Shown here piece by piece: positions 1-9,970 of a stretch of 64,000 nucleotides of DNA. The DNA lies in the NCBI GenBank assembly GCA_035486495.1, contig DATHNB010000370.1, positions 2,588 to 66,587 on the forward strand. The letters are read 5' to 3'. Under the pieces are notes generated by a model. It made no database searches. It was given only the letters and a program-made list of their open reading frames with translations, and was not told where the DNA came from. The first letter of the stretch is position 1. Each line of letters starts with the position of its first letter. Source of the DNA: Ferruginibacter sp. Its GTDB lineage: Bacteria; Bacteroidota; Bacteroidia; Chitinophagales; Chitinophagaceae. The position numbers and the translations under genes were made by a program.

Positions 1-1
1 A

Positions 2-25
2 ATGAAAAATCCTAAAAGCGAATAA
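2..25 (+). CDS. Possible 3' tail of an upstream gene (…MKNPKSE*), truncated by the window edge
   Basis: In-frame ATG AAA AAT CCT AAA AGC GAA TAA followed by a terminator hairpin. A small membrane protein (DUF3098) commonly precedes uppP in Bacteroidota, so that identity is inference only. Confidence 0.25.
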   Translation: MKNPKSE

Positions 26-44
26 TTACTTATATTTTTCAATG

Positions 45-105
45 ACCGATTTGATAATTTGTTGATGATGATTCATCCGGATTATCAGATCGGTTTTTTA
101 TTTTT
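45..105 (+). terminator. Intrinsic terminator-like hairpin upstream of uppP
   Basis: 14-bp stem ACCGATTTGATAAT (45-58) / ATTATCAGATCGGT (81-94) with one G-U pair, inner GATGA/TCATC stem, then a T-run. Confidence 0.7.
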
Positions 106-123
106 ACAACCAAAACTTATTTA

Positions 124-921
124 ATGAATACTCTACAATCGATCATCCTTTCAATTATTGAAGGACTGACAGAATTTTTACCTGTTTCTTCTACAGGCCA
201 CATGATCATCGCTAGTTCCGTAATGGGCATTGAACGTGATGAATTTGTAAAGCTGTTTGAGATAGCTATTCAATTAGGTGCAATACTGGCAGTTGTAGTT
301 TTGTATTGGAAGAAATTTTTCGATTTTGCAAAATGGGAATTTTATTTAAAATTATTGGTAGCTGTAATTCCTGCATTAATATTAGGGAAGCTTTTTTCTG
401 ATAAGATTGATATGTTGTTGGAAAGTCCGACAGTGGTAGCGGTTAGTTTATTACTTGGCGGGATCATTTTATTGTTTGTAGATAAAATGTTCAATCACCC
501 AACTGTTACGCAGGAAGATAATGTAAGTTATAAGAAAGGATTTATCATTGGTATTTGCCAATGTCTTGCGATGATACCAGGCGTTAGTCGCAGTGCCGCA
601 AGTATTGTAGGCGGGATGAGTCAAAAGCTGACAAGAAAAGTTGCTGCAGAATTTTCCTTCTTTTTAGCAGTACCAACAATGGTTGCTGCAACAGGATACA
701 AATTATTAAAAACATATCAGTCAAATCCCGAGATCTTAAAAGATAAACACAACCTAATGTTTTTAGCAGAAGGAAACATAATAGCATTTATTGTTGCGAT
801 GCTAGCGATTAAATTTTTCATCACGTATTTACAAAAACATGGCTTTAAAGTTTTTGGCGTGTACAGAATTATATTGGGTATTATTGTTTTGATATTAATT
901 AGCCGTGGTATCATTAATTAA
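124..921 (+). CDS. uppP: Undecaprenyl-diphosphate phosphatase (BacA/UppP)
   Basis: Motifs [14 protein letters not shown] and PGVSRS; multi-TM hydrophobic protein. Confidence 0.95.
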   Translation: MNTLQSIILSIIEGLTEFLPVSSTGHMIIASSVMGIERDEFVKLFEIAIQLGAILAVVVLYWKKFFDFAKWEFYLKLLVAVIPALILGKLFSDKIDMLLESPTVVAVSLLLGGIILLFVDKMFNHPTVTQEDNVSYKKGFIIGICQCLAMIPGVSRSAASIVGGMSQKLTRKVAAEFSFFLAVPTMVAATGYKLLKTYQSNPEILKDKHNLMFLAEGNIIAFIVAMLAIKFFITYLQKHGFKVFGVYRIILGIIVLILISRGIIN

Positions 922-935
922 TTTAACTACTACTT

Positions 936-2258
936 ATGCAAACAGCTTCTAAAAAAGTTATTAATGGATGGAGTATGTACGATTGGGCAAACTCTGTTTA
1001 CTCATTGGTAATTACATCCTCCATTTTTCCCGCTTACTATGAAGGCGTTACCTCAGGAAAGAGTATTACGTTTTTAGGCCGAACTTTTAATGAACCATCA
1101 GCTTTGTATAATTACGCGGTCGCGTTTTCATTTTTATTTGTATCACTTATTTCACCGCTTTTATCTTCTATTGCAGATTCATTCGGTAGCAAAAAAAGAT
1201 TCATGCAATTCTTTTGTTACCTGGGTTCGTTTAGCTGTTGCGCGATGTATTATTTTACGCCTGATAATCCTCAACTCGGCATTGTACTTTTTGTTTTAGC
1301 ATCGATAGGATATGGCGGCAGCCTTGTTTTTTACAATGCGTACTTACCGGAAATTGCATCTGTGGAAGATCAGGATAATGTGAGTGCTAAAGGATTTGCA
1401 CTAGGATATGTCGGTAGTGTTTTGTTATTATTATTTTGTTTGATAATGGTAACCAAGCATGATATGTTTGGCATTGCAACAGCAGGGAAAGCATCCCAAA
1501 TATCTTTTTTCTTAACGGGTGTGTGGTGGGCAGCTTTTGCACAGATCACATTTTTTACTTTACCAAAAACTGAACCCAATCCTATTTCGAAGAGCCATAA
1601 TTTTTTAACAAAAGGCTATGCGGAGTTAAAAAAAGTTTGGAACGAAGTAAAGCATGAACCTACCTTGAAAAGGTTTTTATTGGCCTTCTTCTTTTTTGGA
1701 ATGGGCGTAGAAACAGTAATGTATTCTGCCGCAATATTTGCCAAGGAGGAAATTTTTCCTAATACAGGAAATAAAGAAACAGATGCAAGCAATACAGGAA
1801 AACTAATGATGACGATCTTGATCATTCAGATTGTTGCCATCGCGGGATCTTATATGTTTTCTTATTTTTCTAAAAAGATCGGCAATATAAAAGTTCTAAT
1901 AGGCGGTGTTTTGATATGGATTGGTATTTGTATTGCTTCTTATTTTGTATACACGCAGTTCTCATTTTATATTGTAGCTGCTACAGTTGGTCTGGTGATG
2001 GGTGGTATACAATCGTTAAGTCGCTCTACCTATTCTAAGTTAATGCCGCCAACAAAAGATACTGCCTCTTACTTTAGTTTTTATGATGTGTGTGATAAAG
2101 TTGGAACGGTTATCGGCACAGCAACATTTGGTATAGTAACGGAAATAACCGGAGGTATGAGAAGCGCGGTTTTATCTTTAATGGTATATTTTATCATAGC
2201 ACTATTTATCTTATTCTATTCTTTATGGAAAGAACCTAAACTTCAAGCAGCTTTATAA
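936..2258 (+). CDS. MFS transporter (UMF1/ATG22-like family)
   Basis: WSMYDWANS N-terminal motif, GGIQSLSRS motif, about 12 hydrophobic segments. Confidence 0.85.
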   Translation: MQTASKKVINGWSMYDWANSVYSLVITSSIFPAYYEGVTSGKSITFLGRTFNEPSALYNYAVAFSFLFVSLISPLLSSIADSFGSKKRFMQFFCYLGSFSCCAMYYFTPDNPQLGIVLFVLASIGYGGSLVFYNAYLPEIASVEDQDNVSAKGFALGYVGSVLLLLFCLIMVTKHDMFGIATAGKASQISFFLTGVWWAAFAQITFFTLPKTEPNPISKSHNFLTKGYAELKKVWNEVKHEPTLKRFLLAFFFFGMGVETVMYSAAIFAKEEIFPNTGNKETDASNTGKLMMTILIIQIVAIAGSYMFSYFSKKIGNIKVLIGGVLIWIGICIASYFVYTQFSFYIVAATVGLVMGGIQSLSRSTYSKLMPPTKDTASYFSFYDVCDKVGTVIGTATFGIVTEITGGMRSAVLSLMVYFIIALFILFYSLWKEPKLQAAL

Positions 2259-3101
2259 ATGAATTTGTATACGATCAATGCTGGACATTTTAAATTGGAT
2301 GGCGGTGCTATGTTTGGTGTAGTCCCGAAAACAATGTGGAACAAATTAAATCCTGCGGATGAAAATAATATGTGCAGCTGGGCCATGCGCTGTTTGTTAA
2401 TTGAAGATGGTAACAAACTTATTTTGATCGATACCGGTATGGGCGATAAACAAGATGCTAAATTCTTCGATCGATATTATTTACATGGCGATGATAGTTT
2501 GGAAAGATCATTAGCAGCAAAAGGATTTAGTAAAGATGATATTACAGACGTGATTTTAACGCATCTTCATTTTGATCATTGCGGAGGCGCTATTGTAAAA
2601 CAACGAGATAAATTATTGCCTGCATTTAAAAATGCCACTTACTGGAGTAACGAGCAACATTGGAATTGGGCCATCAATCCAAATGACAGAGAAAAAGCCT
2701 CTTTCTTAAAAGAAAATATTTTACCAATACAGGAAAGCGGACAATTAAAATTTGTTGCACCTAATGCTATTCAATCAAATATTTTACCAGCGCTAACATT
2801 CAAATATGCCTTCGGTCATACAGATGCGATGATGTTGCCGGTAATACAATACAAGAATAAAACGATTGTTTTTATGGCAGATCTGTTGCCCTCGCCCGCG
2901 CATATTCCTTTGCCGTATGTAATGGCTTATGATATGTTTCCTATGAAAACCTTGAGCGAGAAGAAAATATTTTTATCGGAAGCAGAACAAAACGGGTACG
3001 TTTTATTCTTTGAACATGATCCAACAATTGAATGTTGCACCCTGCAATTAACAGAAAAAGGAATTCGTGTGAAGGACATTTTTAAATTAGAAGAGATCTA
3101 A
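2259..3101 (+). CDS. MBL-fold metallo-hydrolase (YtnP-like)
   Basis: FKLDGGAMFGVVPK, THLHFDHCGG (HxHxDH), GHT and FEHD motifs. Confidence 0.88.
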   Translation: MNLYTINAGHFKLDGGAMFGVVPKTMWNKLNPADENNMCSWAMRCLLIEDGNKLILIDTGMGDKQDAKFFDRYYLHGDDSLERSLAAKGFSKDDITDVILTHLHFDHCGGAIVKQRDKLLPAFKNATYWSNEQHWNWAINPNDREKASFLKENILPIQESGQLKFVAPNAIQSNILPALTFKYAFGHTDAMMLPVIQYKNKTIVFMADLLPSPAHIPLPYVMAYDMFPMKTLSEKKIFLSEAEQNGYVLFFEHDPTIECCTLQLTEKGIRVKDIFKLEEI

Positions 3102-3901
3102 TCATCATCATCTTTTATCTGCGATGATAATGGATAGCGTAAATTTTTATAGCCAATCATATCTACCTTAACATTTCCTACTACGATCGGTGTTTCCACT
3201 CTCAACAATACATGGTTAGGATCATCACTTACCCAGGCGTTCATTTTTTCACCATCTGTAAACATTGTTCCTTTGATCAGCAAAGGTTTAAACCTGATCG
3301 CATGAAATCGGCCATATTTTGTTCTTACGATTTCTTTTCCCATATAACGGATGTACATGTGATACACCTGATCATCCAGGAACATATCAAACGGGATCTT
3401 ATCATTTGGTTTAAAGCTATTAAAATCAATATTGCGTAAACAATAAATAGCACTTACGACATCTTGTATACAATTGGAGGTTTTAAAAACACCGTGCGTA
3501 CTAACTGCAGTACCTGCGGCTTCGTTAAAAGTTACGTTATTGTAGATAGTAGTGTTGCCTTCACTTACATTACGAATAAATTTAAGCGGTAGCATTGTGC
3601 CTGTATCAATATAGGTTTCATATCTATCCCGTACTTTAAAAAAACCATCAAAGAATGAATATGATTTTCCTTCGCCTACACAATGGTAAGAAGGTTTGCC
3701 GTTAAATCTTTCGAGGCTTGTTGTAAAAGTAGCTTCACCCGCGCCAATGTATGCACCCAGTGTATTGTAATACACTTTCATAGTGATTTGTTCGCCGGGA
3801 TTAAATGCAGTATTTTTAATTGAGCAAAAATCAAAAGATGACTTTTGACTAAAGCTGCAAAAAGTAATTATTAAAAGCGCCGATTTTAAAATATTCCTCA
3901 T
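3098..3901 (-). CDS. DUF3108-like secreted/envelope protein
   Basis: Signal-peptide-like N-terminus, AFNPGEQ start of the mature domain, FKVRDRYETYID and W-x-SDD patterns typical of Bacteroidota DUF3108 proteins. Confidence 0.7.
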   Translation of the reverse strand: MRNILKSALLIITFCSFSQKSSFDFCSIKNTAFNPGEQITMKVYYNTLGAYIGAGEATFTTSLERFNGKPSYHCVGEGKSYSFFDGFFKVRDRYETYIDTGTMLPLKFIRNVSEGNTTIYNNVTFNEAAGTAVSTHGVFKTSNCIQDVVSAIYCLRNIDFNSFKPNDKIPFDMFLDDQVYHMYIRYMGKEIVRTKYGRFHAIRFKPLLIKGTMFTDGEKMNAWVSDDPNHVLLRVETPIVVGNVKVDMIGYKNLRYPLSSQIKDDDD

Positions 3902-4929
3902 TTTTCTTTTACAATTTTAACACTTAAAATCAAGAATCCACCAATAACGGCTGGTATAACCAAATTAATGAGCCAAATACCTAATGCGGCCGTACCAACT
4001 CCTAATTGGTTAGTTGTGTAAAATTTTAAAATTTCCCAACTTGCTTTTGCCCTGATTGGCAACTCTATAAAACCAAGTGTTGGCGCTATTGCCATTATCA
4101 AATAAAACACCGAGATCGACCAAAAACATATCAGGTTTGAAATATCGATCTGCATTACTTTTAAAAGCAAAATATATTGACAAACAAAAACCAAGTACCT
4201 CACAAATGATAAAAACAAAATGCGAGCCAATTGTTGATTATCAAACTCATCCAGTACTGAAATATGTTTTACTGCTTTTTGAAAAGCAGGAATTTTTTCT
4301 ATTGATCTTACCAGCCATCCAAGGCGTAAATAAAATAATAATAAAAATACAGTGATCCCTATGCTAAGATATATTAATATATTACTCCAAAATTCCGGTA
4401 AAACATTTAAAGCATTGTCATTATTGTGTGAAAAGAACCTTAAAGTGAGTAAGCCCAAACAGCCCATTACCATCGTGACAACTAACTGACTGATGCTGCC
4501 AACGATAGTTAATGAAATTGCTTTAATGCGACTTCCTTCATCAACGTACAAAATTCTTCCGCCATATTCGCCTACACGATTGGGAGTTAGCATCGTAACA
4601 CTACAACCAGATAGTACGGATCTGAATGCTTTAAGAAAAGAAAACCGTTGAATATGGCTCACCAATATTTGCCATTTTCTTGCTTCTAATCCCCAATTGA
4701 CGATCATTAAAAAAAGAACTAACCATAAGCGCCAATCCTGCCAGCTGTTTTTAATTTGTTGCCAGCGATGAGCTAGATCATTCTGATTAATGATCTGTTT
4801 ATATAAACTCCACGATAGTACAATAAATAAAACCGGGATCAAAAAATAGTTGATTAATATTTTAATACTTTTATTCAAACAGGTTTTTGTTATTTTTATA
4901 TGTGGAATGACCGGAAGGTTTAGATGCAC
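3898..4929 (-). CDS. Lysylphosphatidylglycerol-synthase TM domain / flippase-like membrane protein
   Basis: NWGLEARKW and TPNRVGEYGGR motifs, multiple TM segments. The true start may be TTG at 4878. Confidence 0.75.
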   Translation of the reverse strand: MHLNLPVIPHIKITKTCLNKSIKILINYFLIPVLFIVLSWSLYKQIINQNDLAHRWQQIKNSWQDWRLWLVLFLMIVNWGLEARKWQILVSHIQRFSFLKAFRSVLSGCSVTMLTPNRVGEYGGRILYVDEGSRIKAISLTIVGSISQLVVTMVMGCLGLLTLRFFSHNNDNALNVLPEFWSNILIYLSIGITVFLLLFYLRLGWLVRSIEKIPAFQKAVKHISVLDEFDNQQLARILFLSFVRYLVFVCQYILLLKVMQIDISNLICFWSISVFYLIMAIAPTLGFIELPIRAKASWEILKFYTTNQLGVGTAALGIWLINLVIPAVIGGFLILSVKIVKEK

Positions 4930-4973
4930 GGCATTATAGCGTAAATATCAGCCTTAATCTTAAATCAAAAAAA

Positions 4974-5537
4974 TTGCAAAAAAAATCGACCATTATTTTA
5001 GGTATTGATCCGGGAACTGTAATCATGGGCTACGGATTAATAGAGGTGAATGGTAGCACCATGCGGCTGATAGAAATGGGGGTATTGAAACCAGGGAAAA
5101 TAGATGATACATATAAAAAACTGCAATTAATATATAATACGGTTAGTGGTTTAGTAATAAAATACAAACCTGATGTTTTTGCTATTGAAGCGCCGTTTTT
5201 TGGTAAGAATGTGCAGAGTATGCTGAAGTTGGGGCGCGCACAAGGAGTTGCCATCGCTGCAGCAATGAGACATGGTTTAGATGTAACTGAGTATTCGCCA
5301 AAAAAGATCAAGCAATCAATAACTGGTAACGGTAATGCTAATAAAGAACAGGTATTGCTAATGCTAAAACGGTTATTAGAATTTACAGACGACCCTCAAT
5401 ATTTAGATGCATCCGATGCGCTTGCGGTAGCGGTGTGTCATCATTTTCAATTCAATGCTTTATTAGGCGAAACCTCTTCAAAAAAAATGAAAGGTTGGGA
5501 TGATTTTATTAAAAATAACCCCGGCAGAGTTAAGTAG
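4974..5537 (+). CDS. ruvC: Holliday junction resolvase RuvC
   Basis: ILGIDPG, AIEAPF and DASDALAVA catalytic acidic motifs; TTG start. Confidence 0.95.
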   Translation: MQKKSTIILGIDPGTVIMGYGLIEVNGSTMRLIEMGVLKPGKIDDTYKKLQLIYNTVSGLVIKYKPDVFAIEAPFFGKNVQSMLKLGRAQGVAIAAAMRHGLDVTEYSPKKIKQSITGNGNANKEQVLLMLKRLLEFTDDPQYLDASDALAVAVCHHFQFNALLGETSSKKMKGWDDFIKNNPGRVK

Positions 5538-5545
5538 ATGATGCC

Positions 5546-5571
5546 TTAACCCTCTGTTAACATCAATTAAC
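5546..5571 (+). promoter_or_regulatory. Three TTAAC direct repeats; candidate OmpR-family operator
   Basis: TTAAC at 5546, 5557 and 5567 (11- and 10-bp period) just upstream of a histidine kinase / OmpR-type regulator pair. Confidence 0.45.
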
Positions 5572-5608
5572 AACACTATAGTAATTAAAAAAAAACCTTT
5601 GTAAGTAT

Positions 5609-6886
5609 ATGAGCATGGTTATACGTTCAAAAGCTTTACGGCTGGTTATATTGATAAGCACGTTACTCGTTGCTATCATTATCACTGTACAATTGGTATG
5701 GCTGCAGAAGGTGTACTTTTTTGAAGCGAAACAATTTAATATCAATATATCGAAAAGTATAAAGGGTTTATATGAAGATATGCCACTTATGCAGGGACCG
5801 ATAAGTGTTGAAAAACTGATAGAGAATCCCAGCAATGATGCATACCTTATAAGGGTAGATCATACCATTAATATGGATACGCTGGTAAAAAATTTGAGTA
5901 ATGAGATGGTTGATTTCGGCATTTTTACAGATTGTAAAATTGCGTTCTTTGATACCTATGAACAAAAATATTCTGTTGAAAAACATATTGATCTGCCGGA
6001 TGCATATCATTTATCAAACAATCATGATATCCCTGTTTTTGAAAGAAATTATCCTTATGTGATAATGTATTTTCCACATAGAGGCGAATACATTATCCGT
6101 CAGATGTTTTTCTGGATAGTAACAAGTTCAACATTGCTTATCGTATTGATCTGTTTTGGAGCGAGTATTTTCTATCTATACAGACAAAAATTTCTGAATG
6201 AGATACAGAAAGATTTCGTCAATAATTTTACTCATGAATTTAAAACGCCATTATCCGTTATAAAAATTGCGGGAGATGTGTTAAGTCAAAAAAATATTAC
6301 GCAGAATCCCGACAAGCTTAAAAAGTATGCGGCGATTATTACGGAGCAGACTGTCCATTTGCAACAACAGGTTCAGCGGTTATTACAAATTGCATTTACA
6401 GAGCAACGTAATTTGCAGTTAGTAAAAGAAAAATTTGATGTAAACGAATTGATACAAAATGCCATTAATGATATACAGCCTTTGATAGAAGAAAAGAATG
6501 TAGTGATACAAACGTCTTTTACTACAAGGGATCCGATCATTTATGCAGATAGATCTCATTTATTTTTAGTGATCATTAATTTAATAGAGAATGCTATCAA
6601 ATATGCGCAGAAACCTGTCATTGAAATTAGCACCTATAGAAAGGAAAACCATTTTAATATTGAGGTAAAAGACAATGGCATTGGCATATCCAAGGAAGAT
6701 CAGAAAAAAATCTTTGAACGCTTTTATCGTGTGACGGATGGCAATCTTCATCAAACCAAAGGATTTGGTTTGGGGTTGCATTTTGTAAAAAAAATAATTG
6801 ATGCTCATTTTGGCGAAATAGAAGTAGACAGCACATTACGAAAAGGCAGCATCTTTATTATTAAGATTCCAAAAAATTATAATTAA
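5609..6886 (+). CDS. Sensor histidine kinase (HisKA + HATPase)
   Basis: Two TMs flanking a periplasmic loop; H-box HEFKTPL, N-box NLIENAIKY, G1 DNGIGI, G2 GFGLGL. Confidence 0.93.
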   Translation: MSMVIRSKALRLVILISTLLVAIIITVQLVWLQKVYFFEAKQFNINISKSIKGLYEDMPLMQGPISVEKLIENPSNDAYLIRVDHTINMDTLVKNLSNEMVDFGIFTDCKIAFFDTYEQKYSVEKHIDLPDAYHLSNNHDIPVFERNYPYVIMYFPHRGEYIIRQMFFWIVTSSTLLIVLICFGASIFYLYRQKFLNEIQKDFVNNFTHEFKTPLSVIKIAGDVLSQKNITQNPDKLKKYAAIITEQTVHLQQQVQRLLQIAFTEQRNLQLVKEKFDVNELIQNAINDIQPLIEEKNVVIQTSFTTRDPIIYADRSHLFLVIINLIENAIKYAQKPVIEISTYRKENHFNIEVKDNGIGISKEDQKKIFERFYRVTDGNLHQTKGFGLGLHFVKKIIDAHFGEIEVDSTLRKGSIFIIKIPKNYN

Positions 6887-7572
6887 TGAGCAAGGGAAAA
6901 ATTTTACTCGCAGAGGATGACCGCAATTTAGCTTTTGTAATAAAAGATAATTTGCAGGATGAAGGTTTTGAAGTGATACATGCTTCAGATGGTGAAGCCG
7001 CGTGGCAGCAATTTCAAAAAAATGATTTTGACATTTGTTTGTTAGATGTTAATATGCCTTTGCGTGATGGGTTTTCATTAGCAAAAAAAATACGTGCCGA
7101 AAGTGATCTCGTCCCTATTTTATTTATAACCGCTAAAAGTTTAGAAGAAGACCGTATCAAAGGGTTTAATACAGGGGCTGATGATTACATTACAAAACCA
7201 TTTAGCATTAAAGAATTGGTATTAAGGATAAATGTTTTCTTACGGCGCTCTAAAAAATTACAATCAGACGTTTTAGAAGAATACCAGATAGGCAAGTTAA
7301 GATTTGCTTATACTGAAATGAAGATTTACGTGAGCAATGAAGTGATATCATTAACACAAAGAGAAGCCGATCTGCTTCGTTTTTTTGCCCAACACGTAAA
7401 CAAAATATTAAAACGTGAAGAAGTGTTGTTAAATGTTTGGGGTAAAGATGATTACTTTTTAGGAAGAAGTATGGATGTATTTATTACCAAACTGCGTAAA
7501 CATTTTAAAGCTGACCCAGATGTTATTTTAGAAACAATACATGGTATTGGTTTTAGATTAAATGCAGGTTAA
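6886..7572 (+). CDS. OmpR/PhoB-family response regulator
   Basis: LLAEDD, phospho-Asp in LLDVNMP, GADDYITKPF, winged-helix RSMDVFITKLRK. Start overlaps the kinase stop codon. Confidence 0.93.
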   Translation: MSKGKILLAEDDRNLAFVIKDNLQDEGFEVIHASDGEAAWQQFQKNDFDICLLDVNMPLRDGFSLAKKIRAESDLVPILFITAKSLEEDRIKGFNTGADDYITKPFSIKELVLRINVFLRRSKKLQSDVLEEYQIGKLRFAYTEMKIYVSNEVISLTQREADLLRFFAQHVNKILKREEVLLNVWGKDDYFLGRSMDVFITKLRKHFKADPDVILETIHGIGFRLNAG

Positions 7573-7961
7573 GCCAAATTTGCAATGATCTTTTGTTGTA
7601 CTTCTTTTAATTCATCCGCACTCAATTTCAATTTACTCTTTGTAAAATTAATATCGTTTGCATTGTTAATTGGTACTAAATGAATATGCGCGTGCGGAAC
7701 TTCTATACCGATCACAGATATTCCACAACGGTTACAGTCAAATGCTTTCTCAATGGCATGTGCAATAGGTTTAGCAAAAAGCAAGATTTCGGCTAAATAG
7801 GCGTCGGGAACGTCAAATAATTTATCTACCTCAATTTTTGGAACAACAAGTACATGACCTTTTGTTAAAGGAAAAATATCCAGAAAGGCAAAGAATTTAT
7901 CATTCTCGGCAATTTTATAAGAAGGGATTTCTCCGGCGATTATTTTTGAAAAAATGGTCAT
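7569..7961 (-). CDS. HIT family protein
   Basis: TIFSKIIAGEIPS N-terminus and histidine triad HAHIH. Confidence 0.92.
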   Translation of the reverse strand: MTIFSKIIAGEIPSYKIAENDKFFAFLDIFPLTKGHVLVVPKIEVDKLFDVPDAYLAEILLFAKPIAHAIEKAFDCNRCGISVIGIEVPHAHIHLVPINNANDINFTKSKLKLSADELKEVQQKIIANLA

Positions 7962-7965
7962 AATA

Positions 7966-8041
7966 ATGTACGATGTTGGATGTATGACGTATGATATTTA
8001 TTATTTTATACACCGTACATCTAACACCGTACGTCGTACAT
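7966..8041. repeat. Inverted pair of heptamer arrays (consensus ATGTACG)
   Basis: ATGTACG ATGTTGG ATGTATG ACGTATG (7966-7993), a 20-bp AT-rich spacer, then four reverse-complement units (8014-8041). Confidence 0.75.
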
Positions 8042-8046
8042 TAATT

Positions 8047-8526
8047 CTATATCGTAATATTTTCAACCTTAAATTTAAGGGTTCCTGCAGGGACTATAAC
8101 TTCAACGATATCACCAATTGCTTTGCCGAGTAAACCTTTACCAATAGGTGAAGTAACAGAGATCTTACTTAATTTCAAATCCGCTTCTTTTTCAGAAACA
8201 ATCTGATATGTAACCTGTTTTTTTGTACCCAGGTTAGTAACGGTAACTTTTGTAAGGATAGAAGCTTTACTGGTATCTATATTAGATTCATCTAAAATGC
8301 GCGCGGTGGCAATAACACCTTCCAGGTATTTTATTTTCGCTTCCAGCATACCTTGTGCTTCTTTAGCAGCATCATATTCAGCATTCTCTTTCAGATCACC
8401 TTTTTCACGCGCTTCTGCAATAGCCTTGCTTGCTGCAGGTCTTTCGATCTTCTTCATGTGATGAAGCTCTTGCTTCATCGCTTCGTAAGTATCTTTTTTT
8501 ACGTAATTAGTAGTTGCTTCACTCAT
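8047..8526 (-). CDS. greA: Transcription elongation factor GreA
   Basis: AREKGDLKENAEYDAAKE motif with the catalytic D/E residues; ISVTSPIGKGLLGK. Confidence 0.96.
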   Translation of the reverse strand: MSEATTNYVKKDTYEAMKQELHHMKKIERPAASKAIAEAREKGDLKENAEYDAAKEAQGMLEAKIKYLEGVIATARILDESNIDTSKASILTKVTVTNLGTKKQVTYQIVSEKEADLKLSKISVTSPIGKGLLGKAIGDIVEVIVPAGTLKFKVENITI

Positions 8527-8548
8527 AAAATATCTTTTATACTAAACT

Positions 8549-8590
8549 AAAAAAAATACAACGCTTCGGACTTTCTCCAAAGCGTTGTAT
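8549..8590 (-). terminator. Terminator-like hairpin in the greA 5' leader
   Basis: 11-bp perfect stem ATACAACGCTT/AAGCGTTGTAT plus a 3-bp inner stem, followed by T8 on the minus strand. Confidence 0.75.
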
Positions 8591-8594
8591 GGTA

Positions 8595-8602
8595 CAAAGG
8601 TA
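8595..8602 (-). promoter_or_regulatory. Bacteroidota primary-sigma -7 element (greA)
   Basis: TACCTTTG matches TAnnTTTG; TTG lies 17 nt upstream. Confidence 0.65.
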
Positions 8603-8610
8603 ATAAAAAT

Positions 8611-9543
8611 TTAAATGCCCAACTTTTCCAATATAACAGTACTCATTTTGTAAAAAGCCTCATGTGTATAGCCCGCAATATGTGGCGTAACGATCACATT
8701 TGGTTGTTGCGTTAAAAAATCAAGCTGCTGTTTTTGAATTTCCGTTAATGTATCTATTTTTTCATTCTCTAAAACATCCAATGCTGCACCGGCAACCTTT
8801 TTATTTTTAATGGCAGAGATCAATGAATTAGTGTTTGTCACTCTTCCCCTGCAAGCATTAATAAAATATGGCTTTTGTTCGAGCAATGAGAAAAAATGAT
8901 CATTGGCCATATACTTTGTCTCTTCCGTTAATGGAACATGAAAGCTTATTACATCGGCATATTTACAAATATGTTCTAGTGTTGCTTCTTTAATATTATC
9001 TTTTGCAAAACCGAATTTGTATTTATCGTATGCCAATATAGTAACATCGAAAGAAGAAAGTAATTTTGCCAATGCGCCGCCAGTATTGCCAAAACCAACA
9101 ATACCAATGGTTTTACCGGTTAGCTCTGTCCCACGGTTAGCTTCTCTTATCCATTTGCCTTCTTTTACTTCATCAAAACTTGTGTTGATCTTATTCATTA
9201 AATTCAGGATCATTCCCAAAACATGCTCCGCTACTGAGTTACGGTTGCCCTCAGGACTACTAACACAATTGATACCTTTTTCTTCTGCATAGGTAACATC
9301 TATCAGCTCCATGCCGCTACCTAAGCGACCGATCCATTTTAAATGTTCGGCTTTATCTATAATATCTTTATCAATTTTTAATCTAGTCGTTACAATTAAT
9401 CCAATAGCTGTACTTATTTTTTCACCCAATTCTTCATAGCTGATCGAAGGCATATAAATTACTTCATATCCTTGTTGTTCTAAAGTAGCAGGAAGAATAT
9501 CATGTACTTTAGCTGTTATAATTACTATCGGCTTCTTGTTCAT
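8611..9543 (-). CDS. D-isomer-specific 2-hydroxyacid dehydrogenase (SerA-like, no ACT domain)
   Basis: GIVGFGNTG Rossmann motif, INACRG, LDVLENE and TPHIAG. Confidence 0.88.
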   Translation of the reverse strand: MNKKPIVIITAKVHDILPATLEQQGYEVIYMPSISYEELGEKISTAIGLIVTTRLKIDKDIIDKAEHLKWIGRLGSGMELIDVTYAEEKGINCVSSPEGNRNSVAEHVLGMILNLMNKINTSFDEVKEGKWIREANRGTELTGKTIGIVGFGNTGGALAKLLSSFDVTILAYDKYKFGFAKDNIKEATLEHICKYADVISFHVPLTEETKYMANDHFFSLLEQKPYFINACRGRVTNTNSLISAIKNKKVAGAALDVLENEKIDTLTEIQKQQLDFLTQQPNVIVTPHIAGYTHEAFYKMSTVILEKLGI

Positions 9544-9553
9544 AGATCAAAAA

Positions 9554-9946
9554 TTAATCAGCTGCTATCATACTAATTTCTACATTAGCATTTTTAGGTA
9601 AAGTTTTAACAGCAACAGTTTCTCTTGCAGGAAAACCGCCGAAAGAATCGCCGTTAAAGTATTGTCCATATACTTCATTTACCTGGCCAAAAAGATTCAT
9701 ATCACTTAAAAAAATACTTGTCTTAATAACGTTACTAAAAGTCATGCCTGCTTCTGTTAAAACAGCTTTTAGATTTTTCATTACCTGGTGCGTTTCATCC
9801 ACAATATTACTGTCATTCATATCCGTTGTTCCTGGTATTAACGCTACCTGTCCCGATAAAAATAAAAGATTACCCACTTTAACTGCCTGGCTATAAGGTC
9901 CAATAGGTGCCGGAGCGTCGTTTGTGTTGATTATTTTTTTGCTCAT
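9554..9946 (-). CDS. RidA/YjgF family imine deaminase
   Basis: APAPIGPYSQA, SGQV, PARETV and VEIS motifs. Start moved to ATG 9946 because the ORF-track start at 9973 overlaps the promoter. Confidence 0.92.
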   Translation of the reverse strand: MSKKIINTNDAPAPIGPYSQAVKVGNLLFLSGQVALIPGTTDMNDSNIVDETHQVMKNLKAVLTEAGMTFSNVIKTSIFLSDMNLFGQVNEVYGQYFNGDSFGGFPARETVAVKTLPKNANVEISMIAAD

Positions 9947-9970
9947 GATTTGCTCTTTTTTACAATAATG

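Noticed and set aside
1761-1801. 11-bp direct repeat AATACAGGAAA 30 bp apart in the MFS gene (NTG…NTG)
   Set aside because: It looks like an ordinary small in-frame duplication in a loop, with no link to the repeat families.
9641-9658. Short apparent insertion in RidA (GDSFGG)
   Set aside because: Explained by an imperfect 12-bp local duplication; the catalytic Arg motif is intact.
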